Origin: a virus
Lineage: Duplodnaviria; Caudoviricetes
Direction: 5' to 3' (one strand)
Virus record (IMG/VR): IMGVR_UViG_2974792740_000001
Coordinates: 1 to 64,000 of that record
DNA length: 64,000 nucleotides
The notes beneath the pieces are model-generated. The model did no database searches. It was not told the origin of the DNA and saw nothing but the letters and a program-made list of their open reading frames with translations. Both the position numbers and the translations under genes were made by a program. Below, in pieces: positions 38,830 through 48,339 of the stretch. Every line of letters begins with the position of its first letter. Positions within the stretch are counted from its first letter, which is position 1.

Positions 38830-39029
38830 AAGCTAGGTGCATCAAAAGCGGGAGCGGGTACACACTCCTGTCTGTTCGCACGTCGCCCGCGAAAGCCTTC
38901 GTCGTACTTGAAGTGCCCACCTACCCACACAACGGGACCACCACTCCCGAACGGGTCTGGCTAGACGTGGCGAACTCGAAACGCCTCCGCAAGGCGCTGA
39001 AGAAAGCGGAGAAGAAGACGAAACCCTAG
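38826..39029 (+). CDS. Hypothetical protein
   Basis: ATGA overlap, basic. Confidence 0.5.
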   Translation: MKARCIKSGSGYTLLSVRTSPAKAFVVLEVPTYPHNGTTTPERVWLDVANSKRLRKALKKAEKKTKP

Positions 39030-39085
39030 GAGAGCACATCACAGACCACACAATTCAACGCGACTACAACGACCGACCGTGGGTC

Positions 39086-39961
39086 ATGCCGCCAGGCGCA
39101 GGCCCACTCACCGGAGAACCCAAGAGCGGCAAAGCTCGCAACGGCAAACCGAAGACCTGGTGGATTTCCAAGGACGCAACCCCGTACGCCCGCATGTCGG
39201 GTATCGCCAAGCCTCTGGACAGCAAAGAGGGCCTTGTGGATTGGGCGGCAGCTCAGGCCGCTGTTGGTGTCATGCTCGACGCGGCAGCCAGGTCCGAGAT
39301 CGTCACCCTCATCAACGAATACGATGGCGACCCGTGGAACAACGGGGACGACGGATCATTCAAGTCCGGTAAGTCTCGGCTGAAAAACGCTGTCGAGCAA
39401 GCCCGTACGACCGCCGGCCAGAACGTTGCCTCTGCCGCTGGCACCGAGTTCCACACGCTGGGTGAGCTTCACAACCGTGGGAAGACGCCACGCATTGTGC
39501 AGGAACACCTTGTGCCGCTGTATGAGCACTACAAGGAACGGGTTGCCCCGTTGAAGTTCCTGCGCCAGGAGTTGTTCGTCATCAATGACGAGCTGAAGCT
39601 TGCTGGTTCGCTTGACTATCTGATCGAGTTGCCTGATGGCCGTGTGGTTGTTGGGGACTTGAAGACTGGCAAGTGGGATTTCAAGTATCCAATGTCGTGC
39701 ACGACTCAGATTGCCGGGTATGCGAATTCGGTGGTGTACGACCAGGCGACTGGTGAGCGGACGCCGATCCATCCCGACTTGGATACGTCGGTGGGTTTGT
39801 TGGTGCACTTCCCGATTAAGACGAAGAATCCGAAGGTTCGTTTCTATGAGCTGGATTTGGAGTTGGGGATGCGTGCTGCCCGTATTGCTGGGGAGTTGTC
39901 GGAGTTGCAGCGAGAGTTTAAGCGTAAGGGCGCTGAGCCGCGTCCGATCGAGTTTGTCTAG
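39086..39961 (+). CDS. RecB/Cas4-like PD-(D/E)xK exonuclease (true start possibly ATC 39038)
   Basis: GTEFH, AGSLD..VVGDLKTG, QIAGYAN motifs. Confidence 0.85.
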   Translation: MPPGAGPLTGEPKSGKARNGKPKTWWISKDATPYARMSGIAKPLDSKEGLVDWAAAQAAVGVMLDAAARSEIVTLINEYDGDPWNNGDDGSFKSGKSRLKNAVEQARTTAGQNVASAAGTEFHTLGELHNRGKTPRIVQEHLVPLYEHYKERVAPLKFLRQELFVINDELKLAGSLDYLIELPDGRVVVGDLKTGKWDFKYPMSCTTQIAGYANSVVYDQATGERTPIHPDLDTSVGLLVHFPIKTKNPKVRFYELDLELGMRAARIAGELSELQREFKRKGAEPRPIEFV

Positions 39962-39973
39962 GAGGCAAACCTT

Positions 39974-40495
39974 TTGAGTGACTACAAGTTCTATGTGGAC
40001 CCGAATGGACACTTCTATGCCACTGATCGCTTCGGGGGCCTGAGTGACTACAATCGCGATGGCGATGGCGATCTGGAATACGATGGAAGTTCCAGCGTCC
40101 AGGTGAGTGAGCTTACCGAGCTGCTGCCTGCCGATCAGGTGGACACCGGGTTCAAGCTACCCGAGACGACGGTGTACACGAACGAGTCGGGCAGCCTCAT
40201 CATTGGGAAGGTCGAAGGCGACCCCGTGGGGTTGCGGTCCATCCTCTCCAACACGCCGGTTTCCGATCTGGATGAGAAGGTTCGCAAGCTCACCAACGAG
40301 CTGGCCGTGTACATCCACCTGCGGGACTACCAGGCCGAGAAGGCGAAGGTAGACGACGATCTGATTCGGAAGATGGGTGACGCCTATCTGGCTGCTGCGA
40401 GCGCGGTTCCGGGAACTGTGGCGGGCATGAACGGCCCGATCGCTGAGAAGTTCCTGGCAGGCATCCGAGCGGCATTGGAGGTTGCCCGTGGGTGA
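39974..40495 (+). CDS. Hypothetical protein
   Basis: SD GGAGG then TTG; 173 aa. Confidence 0.65.
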   Translation: MSDYKFYVDPNGHFYATDRFGGLSDYNRDGDGDLEYDGSSSVQVSELTELLPADQVDTGFKLPETTVYTNESGSLIIGKVEGDPVGLRSILSNTPVSDLDEKVRKLTNELAVYIHLRDYQAEKAKVDDDLIRKMGDAYLAAASAVPGTVAGMNGPIAEKFLAGIRAALEVARG

Positions 40496-41168
40496 CATCC
40501 AGGTCAAGCTCAACGCCATCCAGACGAAGCTCCACGCACCCAAGGGGCAGAACAACAAGTTCGGCGGTTACGCCTACCGTTCGGCCGAGGACATCACCGA
40601 AGCTGTGAAGCCGCACCTGGCCGAGCATGGTGTCAATCTCATCCTGAGTGACGAGGTTGTGGAGGTTGGTGGCCGCGTCTACGTGAAGGCCACTGCCGCC
40701 CTGATCGCTCCGGACGGTTCGTCGGAGTCGGCCCACGGTTGGGCTCGCGAGGCTGCGGATAAGAAGGGCATGGACGATGCCCAGATCAGTGGTTCCGCGT
40801 CGTCGTATGCCCGCAAGTACGCCATGAACGGCCTGTTTGCGATCGATGACGGAAAGGATCCGGACAGCAACGAGCAGGGCGAGCAGGTGCGCAAAGCCTC
40901 GCAGGAGAAGCCGAAGAGCAACGCCAAGCCTGCTGCGAAGAAGGCCGCTCCCGTGAAGAAGGTTGCACCCAAGGCGTCGAGCGATGCTCCCGCCGGCCTG
41001 GACGCCAAACGCGCGGAAGCCCTTGGCCTGCTGAAAGAGAAGAAGATTCCGGGCGGTGAGTTCAAGCTCTACCTCATGACCCTGGGTGAGTGGGACGGCG
41101 TTCCGGACATCGACTCCGAAGAGGCCCTGGACAACCTGATCGCTTGGGCCAACGCCTACGGTGAGTGA
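40482..41168 (+). CDS. erf: ERF-family single-strand annealing protein
   Basis: APKGQNNKFGGYAYRSAEDI and QISGSASSYARKYAMNGLF signatures. Confidence 0.9.
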   Translation: MPVGDIQVKLNAIQTKLHAPKGQNNKFGGYAYRSAEDITEAVKPHLAEHGVNLILSDEVVEVGGRVYVKATAALIAPDGSSESAHGWAREAADKKGMDDAQISGSASSYARKYAMNGLFAIDDGKDPDSNEQGEQVRKASQEKPKSNAKPAAKKAAPVKKVAPKASSDAPAGLDAKRAEALGLLKEKKIPGGEFKLYLMTLGEWDGVPDIDSEEALDNLIAWANAYGE

Positions 41169-41541
41169 CGCCGGGGTTGACCGGGCGAAGGTTGCGCGCC
41201 GCCTGTGGGTTCTCTCCGAGATGTGCCAGCAGCTCCCCGACAATTCGGAGCACCCGTTCACCCGGTTCCGGGTAGCGAAGACGGCACTGTCCCGAGCAAA
41301 GGCGCAAGCACTCTTGAGGGCTCCGATCCGGGATCCCCAAGACGAGACCCGGAAGATGACCGGCGATGACCGCGAAGCATGGACACTCGCTCAGCCTGAG
41401 GTGATTGCAGCCGAAGATGAGCTGGTTGTGGCGGAGTCGGCCTGGAACTACTACCAGGAACAGACGTGGGCTCGCAAAGACGAAGCCGAGTACCTACGCA
41501 CCCTGTCTGCTGATGCTCGCGCAGATATGGCTCTCCTGTGA
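41161..41541 (+). CDS. Hypothetical helical protein
   Basis: Overlapping starts/stops; helical pattern. Confidence 0.55.
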   Translation: MSDAGVDRAKVARRLWVLSEMCQQLPDNSEHPFTRFRVAKTALSRAKAQALLRAPIRDPQDETRKMTGDDREAWTLAQPEVIAAEDELVVAESAWNYYQEQTWARKDEAEYLRTLSADARADMALL

Positions 41542-41840
41542 GCGCCTGGTGGTTGCGGGCGAAGTGCCGCGACATGGACCCGGAGAGATTCGCCGTGAGC
41601 AACCTGACTCCCGGCAGAGAAAATGTTGAAGCGACCGCGCTGTGTGCCGGTTGCACGGTGATACCTGAATGCGCAGGAGATGCCCTTGCGGGCATGAATG
41701 TGTCTCAGGTGTTGCGTGGCCCGTTTAAGACCACCCTGGCTGAGGCTGACGATGTTGTGCCTCAGTCGGGTGTCGTGCGGGCAGGCATGGTGATACCAGA
41801 AATTGAGGTTGACGATGGCGTTCTTCCAGCCGAAGCCTGA
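41538..41840 (+). CDS. whiB: WhiB-like protein
   Basis: WWLRAKC..DPERF..ALCAGCTVIPEC four-Cys pattern. Confidence 0.7.
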   Translation: MSAWWLRAKCRDMDPERFAVSNLTPGRENVEATALCAGCTVIPECAGDALAGMNVSQVLRGPFKTTLAEADDVVPQSGVVRAGMVIPEIEVDDGVLPAEA

Positions 41841-42570
41841 GCTGGACTGGCAACTCGACGCGAACTGCGCAGGCCCCGGCGCTAACCCCCAGAATTGGGA
41901 CATCGAGTCCCTGGACCGCGACGGCGACTTGGACGCACAAGCGCAGGCTCTCTGTGAGGGATGCCCGGTCATGGCCGCATGTCTGAACGACGCAGAGTCG
42001 GCTCAGAGCCCGCTCCTAGGGTTCCCTGATGACGAGGACGGCGAGCTGGGCACAGTCGGCGTGGTTCGGGGTGGTAAGGCGTTCGACTATCCCCCTGAGG
42101 CCAAGAAGCCTGTCCTGAAGCGGCGCGCGTGGATCGCTGAGTTCAACGCGCTGGTCGATGAAGGGCGTACCCATGACTTCATTCGCATGAAGATGGGTTT
42201 GACCTTGGACGCGTACACGCTGCGGCTGCGTCGGTATGGCTGCAAACGGGACACTGCGATTGAGGCCAAATGCAAGGAAATGATTCAGCATTGGGTCGAT
42301 GTCAAAATGCGGTTCACGAGCTTCGATCTGCCGTACGGCACACCCCTAGCTGAGCGACAGTTCGCGTTGATGTGGGCGGTGCGCGAAGGGCTGGTTCGGA
42401 AGCTGGGAAACAAGCCGAATCCGAACCCGAAGGGCCACCCGCTGATGATGTACGGCCAGCCAGATTGGCCCGAGTTTGAGCCGTCTGGGAACCTGCGAAT
42501 TAGCTACTGGCACGCAGGTGAGGTGAGGTTCGGGGTCAACATCTACGGAAATGTCAGCCTCTACGCCTAG
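41815..42570 (+). CDS. whiB: WhiB-like protein with C-terminal extension
   Basis: WQLDANC..ALCEGCPVMAAC..GVVRGG; extra about 160 aa with possible HTH. Confidence 0.7.
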   Translation: MAFFQPKPELDWQLDANCAGPGANPQNWDIESLDRDGDLDAQAQALCEGCPVMAACLNDAESAQSPLLGFPDDEDGELGTVGVVRGGKAFDYPPEAKKPVLKRRAWIAEFNALVDEGRTHDFIRMKMGLTLDAYTLRLRRYGCKRDTAIEAKCKEMIQHWVDVKMRFTSFDLPYGTPLAERQFALMWAVREGLVRKLGNKPNPNPKGHPLMMYGQPDWPEFEPSGNLRISYWHAGEVRFGVNIYGNVSLYA

Positions 42571-42843
42571 AATTAGAGATATAGCGCCAAGGCAGCGAGA
42601 GCGTATCTGTACTGCCCGCCCACGAGATCGAAGCCGTGGGTGACCCCCGTCAGATGGGGAGGGTTCGTCATGCCCTCTGGATGGTCCCGATGTAAACGAC
42701 CTGATGTTCCTGAGGGTCCGGTTGAGCACGTTCGTGACGGTCAAGGCAGACCCGGCGTCACATTCTTGTGGACAGTGCTCGTTTCTCTTTATGCATGGCG
42801 TCCTGCTCTATAGGCCGTGCTGTACCTAGAAAGCGAGAAGTAG

Positions 42844-43029
42844 TTGAATTCTGGTTGGGAAAAGAGAGCTCCGAAGATCGAAGAGATGAAGTACTCGGAC
42901 GGAGATGTCCTCGAAGTCTCGGCAGTAGGTGACGAGATTCGATTCTCGGTTGCAAACTCGATCGGCGTGTACGTTCCGTTCAATGAGCTGAAACCGCTCA
43001 TCGAGATGCATGATTCCTACGCCGAGTGA
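42844..43029 (+). CDS. Hypothetical protein
   Basis: 61-aa ORF in operon orientation. Confidence 0.45.
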   Translation: MNSGWEKRAPKIEEMKYSDGDVLEVSAVGDEIRFSVANSIGVYVPFNELKPLIEMHDSYAE

Positions 43030-43116
43030 ACCTCGTAGGAATCATGCTCGCAGGAGGTTGGATGGCAGCCATCTTCTTATGCATAAACCCCCACTACTGC
43101 CCCGGATGGATGCTGA

Positions 43117-43368
43117 ATGCAGCATATCGACTATCCGGTTCTTGAGTCCGTCGATTCCCTGAACAAGGAACTCGTTGGCACTGTCATTCGGTCGAGCACT
43201 CATGTGTTTGTGAAGGCCACGAAGCGTCAGTGGATTCAACCTGGTTCAACGGTGTTGAGGGATACTGCGGAGCTGTTCATTTTGGATGATCGCGGCATGT
43301 TCGATGTGTTGTGGCGTCCTGAGAAGTCCAAGCGGGTCGATGACGACGATTATCTGACCCTGCTGTAG
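43117..43368 (+). CDS. Hypothetical protein
   Basis: 83-aa ORF in operon orientation. Confidence 0.5.
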   Translation: MQHIDYPVLESVDSLNKELVGTVIRSSTHVFVKATKRQWIQPGSTVLRDTAELFILDDRGMFDVLWRPEKSKRVDDDDYLTLL

Positions 43369-43386
43369 CGAAGAGAGACTGATGCA

Positions 43387-43629
43387 ATGAGTCCACGGGA
43401 TCCTCTCTGGGAGGTTCGGGACGAAATCGAGTATGTGCGCAGTCAGAACGGCTGGCTCAAATCTGTCTCCGTTCCTGTCGACCTGGCGGAGATCCTGATT
43501 GCGGAACACGACCAGCTTTCGAATCTTCTGAATTACGACACTTCGTGTGTTCGTTGCGCGGAATGGCTTGACGAGCAGGTCGAGATGGACGAGCACGAGC
43601 ACGCAATGTTCGAATGGGGTTGGCAATGA
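43387..43629 (+). CDS. Hypothetical protein
   Basis: 80-aa ORF with CxxC. Confidence 0.5.
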   Translation: MSPRDPLWEVRDEIEYVRSQNGWLKSVSVPVDLAEILIAEHDQLSNLLNYDTSCVRCAEWLDEQVEMDEHEHAMFEWGWQ

Positions 43630-44135
43630 GTAACGGGTTTACGAATTCCCACAACCCGAGCAAGGGTGGCGGGCAGCGAGAAACACGGTGGCTGACTCCA
43701 CGGGAGATCGTTGAACCCCTTGGAGAGTTCGACCTGGATCCTGCGGGCGCTCCTGGACATCAGCTAGCAGCTTTCACGTTCATGCCTGAGAACGGCTTGG
43801 ATGGTTTGGAAGAGGATTGGTTGCGGTTCCGTGTGTGGCTGAATCCGCCGTACGGGAAAGAGCTTGTCCCGTTCATGCGGAAGATGGCCGAGCATAACTA
43901 TGGCACCGCGTTGGTGTTCGCCAGGACTGAGACTGAGTGGTTTCGGAACTATGTGTGGGGTGCCGCCACTGCCCTATTGTTCCTGACTTCTCGGTTGCAT
44001 TTTCTTCATGCTGATGGGACGCCGGCAAAGCACAATGCGGGTGCTCCGTCTGTGTTGGTTGCTTATGGGGCTGAGGATGCGAAGGCGTTGTCGGACTCTG
44101 GCCTGGATGGTTTCTACGTGAGGATTCGCGAATGA
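43626..44135 (+). CDS. Phage DNA N6-adenine methyltransferase (Dam-like)
   Basis: WLTPREIV, FDLDPA, VWLNPPYG catalytic motif, ARTETEWF. Confidence 0.9.
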   Translation: MSNGFTNSHNPSKGGGQRETRWLTPREIVEPLGEFDLDPAGAPGHQLAAFTFMPENGLDGLEEDWLRFRVWLNPPYGKELVPFMRKMAEHNYGTALVFARTETEWFRNYVWGAATALLFLTSRLHFLHADGTPAKHNAGAPSVLVAYGAEDAKALSDSGLDGFYVRIRE

Positions 44136-44356
44136 GCTTGGAAATTGAAGTTGACGCAATAACGTCGGTGCTACTGACGGATGGACGCTGGTACAGAGCT
44201 GTCGATTTCTGCCTTGACGCCTATGAGTATGTGGATTTCTTGGTTGGTGGGCAAGACCGACGGGTTTCGGCCACGGGTTTTCAGTTCAGGCAGCCCGGTT
44301 CGAAAGGCTGGATCACCGGGCCTCTCACTTCCATTGTGGCGGTAGTGCGCGAATGA
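44132..44356 (+). CDS. Hypothetical protein
   Basis: Overlapping starts/stops. Confidence 0.55.
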   Translation: MSLEIEVDAITSVLLTDGRWYRAVDFCLDAYEYVDFLVGGQDRRVSATGFQFRQPGSKGWITGPLTSIVAVVRE

Positions 44357-44643
44357 GCTGCTGCACGACGATCCCCACCCAGTGGTTGACCCTGCACAAC
44401 GTGCACCCGCCGAACGAGCACTGCGCTGTTGCGTGCACCATCCACAACCAGACCGATCACCACATGCGGTTGTGGCGTCTGCATTGGCGTGACGATCGGA
44501 AGATATTCGAACGCATCTGCCCGATGCATGGTGTCGGCCATCCGGATCCGGATCAGTTTCCGTACTGGATGGCTACCGGCCAGGGCTCTCAAGCACTGCA
44601 TGGTTGTTGTGGCTGCTGCCATGACGGAAAGGCGAAGCAATGA
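44353..44643 (+). CDS. Cys/His-rich hypothetical protein
   Basis: CTIHNQTDHH, ICPMHGVGHPDPD, HGCCGCC. Confidence 0.6.
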   Translation: MSCCTTIPTQWLTLHNVHPPNEHCAVACTIHNQTDHHMRLWRLHWRDDRKIFERICPMHGVGHPDPDQFPYWMATGQGSQALHGCCGCCHDGKAKQ

Positions 44644-44963
44644 TCGTTACTTCTGCAATGGTGCGCGCTGTTCGTAATCTCGCGGACCAGTCGGGGATGA
44701 CTCTCCGCGAACTCGAAGACGCTGTTCCCAAGCACTGGACTGACTATGATCATGTTCCGGTGGGCGTCCCCTTCGTGGCCCCCAACGGCGGGGGGCGTTC
44801 TTCAGTGATTGTGTTCGTCAAGCTCTCGACGGGCACTCTGCTGAACTTCGGGTCTGACGCAACCGATCGCAGCATCACCGTTCCAGCCTCGGTTGTCTCG
44901 GATGACTCTCTGTTCGTCGAGTTTCGGTCGGAGGCCATGACCTTTGGCACGAAACTCAACTAA
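44640..44963 (+). CDS. Hypothetical protein
   Basis: ATGA overlap. Confidence 0.5.
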   Translation: MIVTSAMVRAVRNLADQSGMTLRELEDAVPKHWTDYDHVPVGVPFVAPNGGGRSSVIVFVKLSTGTLLNFGSDATDRSITVPASVVSDDSLFVEFRSEAMTFGTKLN

Positions 44964-45291
44964 CGAGAAGGAATGCCGCCGCATTGTCTACGAACGCTCA
45001 GAAGGCGTCTGTGAGATTTGCTGCATGGCACCAGCCCAATCAGTCCACCATCGCCGGAAACGCAGCCACGGAGGCCCCTGGACGGCAGCAAACTGCATCC
45101 ACATCTGCGGGGACGGAACACGCGGTTGTCATGGCTGGATAGAAGCCAATCCGAAGAAAGCCCACGACCGTGGCTACTGGGTGTGGTCGTGGGAAGACGA
45201 ACGTGCGATGCCCATTCTCCTTTGGGGTGACTGGGTGTTGCTTCAGGAAGATGGTTCGAAGATCAAAACGACGGAACGGGAGTTCGAATGA
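44944..45291 (+). CDS. HNH endonuclease
   Basis: CEICC..VHHRRKRSHGG..NCIHICG..CHGWIE. Confidence 0.85.
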   Translation: MARNSTNEKECRRIVYERSEGVCEICCMAPAQSVHHRRKRSHGGPWTAANCIHICGDGTRGCHGWIEANPKKAHDRGYWVWSWEDERAMPILLWGDWVLLQEDGSKIKTTEREFE

Positions 45292-45629
45292 AGAAGAGGC
45301 TCTTCACTGTGGCCGTGATCGCGGCTGCAACCTCGCTCGCCACCGGGTGTTCGTTCATGAATGAACAGACCCATCGCGGCTGTGTGGTTCAGGAGAAGAA
45401 GACCGAGTACAACGTCACCAATGGCAGTTCGGAGCGCAAGAACCGTCTGGTCACTTCGTGTGGCGTGTTTGAGGTGGGTGATTCGCTTTCTGGCGGGTTC
45501 AGTAGCTACGACACGTGGTCGAAGTTGAAGGAAGGGAAGTCGTACGACATCCAGACGGGCGGGTTCCGGATCGGCGTCTTCTCGCAGTTCCCGACTGTCA
45601 CGGGCATCACTGAGGTGAAGGCGGGCTGA
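45288..45629 (+). CDS. Putative lipoprotein
   Basis: Signal peptide with lipobox LATGC. Confidence 0.7.
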   Translation: MKKRLFTVAVIAAATSLATGCSFMNEQTHRGCVVQEKKTEYNVTNGSSERKNRLVTSCGVFEVGDSLSGGFSSYDTWSKLKEGKSYDIQTGGFRIGVFSQFPTVTGITEVKAG

Positions 45630-45832
45630 TGAAGCGCGTGTTGGCGTTGGTGGTTGCTGGTGTCGCCGGTCTTGCAGTCCTGACCGGCTGTGGCAATGAA
45701 CCCGAGTACACCGGGCCGGATGACTACAAGCCTCGCACCATCCAGCTTCGCGACGGCAGGACGCTTGAGTGCGTCCAGGTCGGGACCGGCAGTCAGCGAA
45801 TGATGACCTGCGACTGGGCGAACGTGAAGTGA
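45629..45832 (+). CDS. Putative small lipoprotein
   Basis: Signal peptide with lipobox LTGC; C-terminal C..C. Confidence 0.7.
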   Translation: MKRVLALVVAGVAGLAVLTGCGNEPEYTGPDDYKPRTIQLRDGRTLECVQVGTGSQRMMTCDWANVK

Positions 45833-45841
45833 GGAGACTGA

Positions 45842-47140
45842 TTGGTTGACGTACTCAAACAGGCACTAGAAACAACCGTCCGATCCACCGATGAACGAAT
45901 CCTGATCGCAGGACTCACCAACCTGGGTATGCGGGACACCATGCCGCAATACCTGGACAAGCTGGAATCCGAGGACTTCCACTTCAAGGACCACGGTTCC
46001 ATCTGGCAGGCCGCGCAGAAGCTCTCCGCTGACTCGCGCACCATCTCCCCTGAGAATCTGAAGATGAAGCTGCGCACTCAGACGCAGAAGAACATCGTGG
46101 ATGATCTCGCTGGGCAGTCGGTTCGGGAGATCGAAATCCAGCGGGGTATCGAGATTGTGCGGGCGGCTTCGAAGCGCCGCAACCTGATCCGAACCATGCG
46201 GGAGATCGCAGAGTTTGTCGGTGAGACCGATGAGTTCGCGCCGGCCTTGGACTTCGCGCACTCGAAGTTGCAGAACCTTGATGCCGCTGAGGTTGAGGAC
46301 AGCAGTTCCGATCTGACGGATTCGCTGCACAACTTCTGGAACGAAGTCGACGCGGAACCCGAGGATCGCGAGGACGTGTGGCCGACCCAGTACGCGAGCC
46401 TCAACAAAAAGCTGAACGGCGGTATCCGTCGTGGCCGAATGTATCTCGTGGGTGGCCGACCTGGCGAGGGGAAGTCGCTTCTGCTGACCAACCTTGCTGG
46501 CGAGTTCGCGAAGCCTGCGTTGAATCTGAAGCAGCTTGTCTTCTCGGCTGAGATGTCTCGGCGTGAGGTGATGAACCGGCTTATGGCTGCGGGGGCGTAC
46601 GCCGACTATGGCGCGCTAGAACGCGGCGAGGTATCCGAAGAGGACCGCGTTGCGTTGCAGAACTACTCCGATGAGATTCGGAATGCTTCTCTCGCGGTGG
46701 TTGACAAGCCGTCTATCTCTGTGCGTGACATTCGGGCGCAGGCCACGGCCATGAAGCGCCAGGGTGGTCTCGACGTGATCTATGTGGACTATCTACAGAT
46801 CATCAATCCGGATGATCGGAGTCTCCGCAAGGACATTCAGATCGGTGACATGTCGGAGTCGTTGAAGAAGTTGGCACGCGAGTTGGATGTGGCGATCTTC
46901 GTCGCTGTGCAGCTCAATCGTTCTCAGTTTGATAAGGGCGATAAGCGGATGCCGACTTTGACGGACATTCGGGATTCGGACAAACCGGGGCAGGACGCTG
47001 ATGTGGTGTTCCTGATCCATCACCCCAAGGGGCATCACACAGTTGGTGGCGATGTCCAGCTTTGTATGCCTAAGAACCGTACGGGCGGGGTGGCAATTGA
47101 AACGCGTGCTTGGCGAGCTGACCAAGCGCGTATCGCATAA
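45842..47140 (+). CDS. dnaB: DnaB-like replicative helicase
   Basis: GGRPGEGKS Walker A, FSAEMS, IYVDYLQ, AVQLNR, KNRTG. Confidence 0.93.
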   Translation: MVDVLKQALETTVRSTDERILIAGLTNLGMRDTMPQYLDKLESEDFHFKDHGSIWQAAQKLSADSRTISPENLKMKLRTQTQKNIVDDLAGQSVREIEIQRGIEIVRAASKRRNLIRTMREIAEFVGETDEFAPALDFAHSKLQNLDAAEVEDSSSDLTDSLHNFWNEVDAEPEDREDVWPTQYASLNKKLNGGIRRGRMYLVGGRPGEGKSLLLTNLAGEFAKPALNLKQLVFSAEMSRREVMNRLMAAGAYADYGALERGEVSEEDRVALQNYSDEIRNASLAVVDKPSISVRDIRAQATAMKRQGGLDVIYVDYLQIINPDDRSLRKDIQIGDMSESLKKLARELDVAIFVAVQLNRSQFDKGDKRMPTLTDIRDSDKPGQDADVVFLIHHPKGHHTVGGDVQLCMPKNRTGGVAIETRAWRADQARIA

Positions 47141-47160
47141 CAGAAAGAGACACAACACAT

Positions 47161-47511
47161 ATGGCAATGCCTACCATCACCGGCCAGGGCATGATCTTCG
47201 CGGGCAAGGACAACGAGTTCGCGTTCGGGTACGGGCAGTCCGGTAAGGCGTGGCTGAAGGCCACCATCGGCGTGTCGGCCAGCCGGAAGAACGATTACGG
47301 CGAGTACGAGCGCACCAAGGAAGCCAACATCGACGTGTCGGCGTTCGGTTCGCTCGCGGAGCAGATCAAGGAATCGATCGAGCACAAGGACATCGTGAAC
47401 TTCACGGCCCGCCTGGACGGCACCGACACCTTCGAGAAGAAGGACGGCACGGTCAATGTGAAGCTGACGGCCACCCTGGATTCCATCGGCAAGGTTGATC
47501 CTCGCGACTGA
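47161..47511 (+). CDS. ssb: Single-stranded DNA-binding protein
   Basis: OB-fold pattern GKAW..ATI..S..K..IDVSAFGSLAE. Confidence 0.8.
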   Translation: MAMPTITGQGMIFAGKDNEFAFGYGQSGKAWLKATIGVSASRKNDYGEYERTKEANIDVSAFGSLAEQIKESIEHKDIVNFTARLDGTDTFEKKDGTVNVKLTATLDSIGKVDPRD

Positions 47512-47565
47512 CGATCCTGTTGGGGAGGGGCCGGTTTGGTCCCTCCCCTCTGTGTGGAGGGATGT

Positions 47566-47817
47566 ATGGCTACAGCAACTATTGATGATGTGCAGGTGGA
47601 CGTGAGTTTGCCTGTTGTGGACTTCGCCCCTCCGTGTGAGGTGCAGGAGTCGGAGCATGGGACGCAGCCGTGGGAGGACTGCGAAGAGGTTGCGACACAC
47701 GAGATTGTGTTCGCGACGAGCAAGGACACAGTGACTCGCAAGTTTGCGTGCAACAACTGTCTGCTCGAAATCTGGTCGTTGGGCCGGATGCTGTCTGCGA
47801 CGAAGCTTGGAGGCTGA
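47566..47817 (+). CDS. Hypothetical Cys-containing protein
   Basis: SD GGAGG; C..C..CxxC. Confidence 0.55.
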   Translation: MATATIDDVQVDVSLPVVDFAPPCEVQESEHGTQPWEDCEEVATHEIVFATSKDTVTRKFACNNCLLEIWSLGRMLSATKLGG

Positions 47818-48339
47818 ATGTCGGACCTGTTGAAAGAGGCCGATCACATCGTGTCTGGTGACCGTGCGGGCGATTACGGGGAGAACAGTCTCCCGGCGAT
47901 TGCTCGGTTGTGGTCGGAGCATGTGGGTTCGGAGATCACGGCGCGGGATGTGGCGTGGATGATGGTTCTGCTGAAGTCGGTGCGTGACCGGCATAAGGAG
48001 AAGCGGGACAACCTGGTTGATGCGATCGGGTATATCCAGTTGGCTGAGGTGAACACGACTCCTGGGCCGGTGAAGGCTGAGGGTGAGATGATTATCCCGG
48101 CTGCTGAGGCCCTGTCGCAAAACGGGCAGAACCTTCTCAAGGCGATCAACGACGCCGAGCTTGCCTCGCCTCGCGAGTTTGAGGTGGGCGACCAGGTGGA
48201 AGTCATTGACGGCTTCAAGTCCAAGATCGGACGCAAGGGCCGTGTGCTCGATGTCGGCGTTTTCATCGAAGTAGCTGAGGGCAGCAGCGACGGAAGCTTC
48301 CCATACCTACGGCGCGAGCTGAAGCACCTCACCGCGTGA
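47818..48339 (+). CDS. DUF6378-like protein with possible SH3/KOW-like C-terminus
   Basis: VSGDRAGDYG..IARLWS..VAWMMVLLK..DNLVDAIGY. Confidence 0.7.
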   Translation: MSDLLKEADHIVSGDRAGDYGENSLPAIARLWSEHVGSEITARDVAWMMVLLKSVRDRHKEKRDNLVDAIGYIQLAEVNTTPGPVKAEGEMIIPAAEALSQNGQNLLKAINDAELASPREFEVGDQVEVIDGFKSKIGRKGRVLDVGVFIEVAEGSSDGSFPYLRRELKHLTA

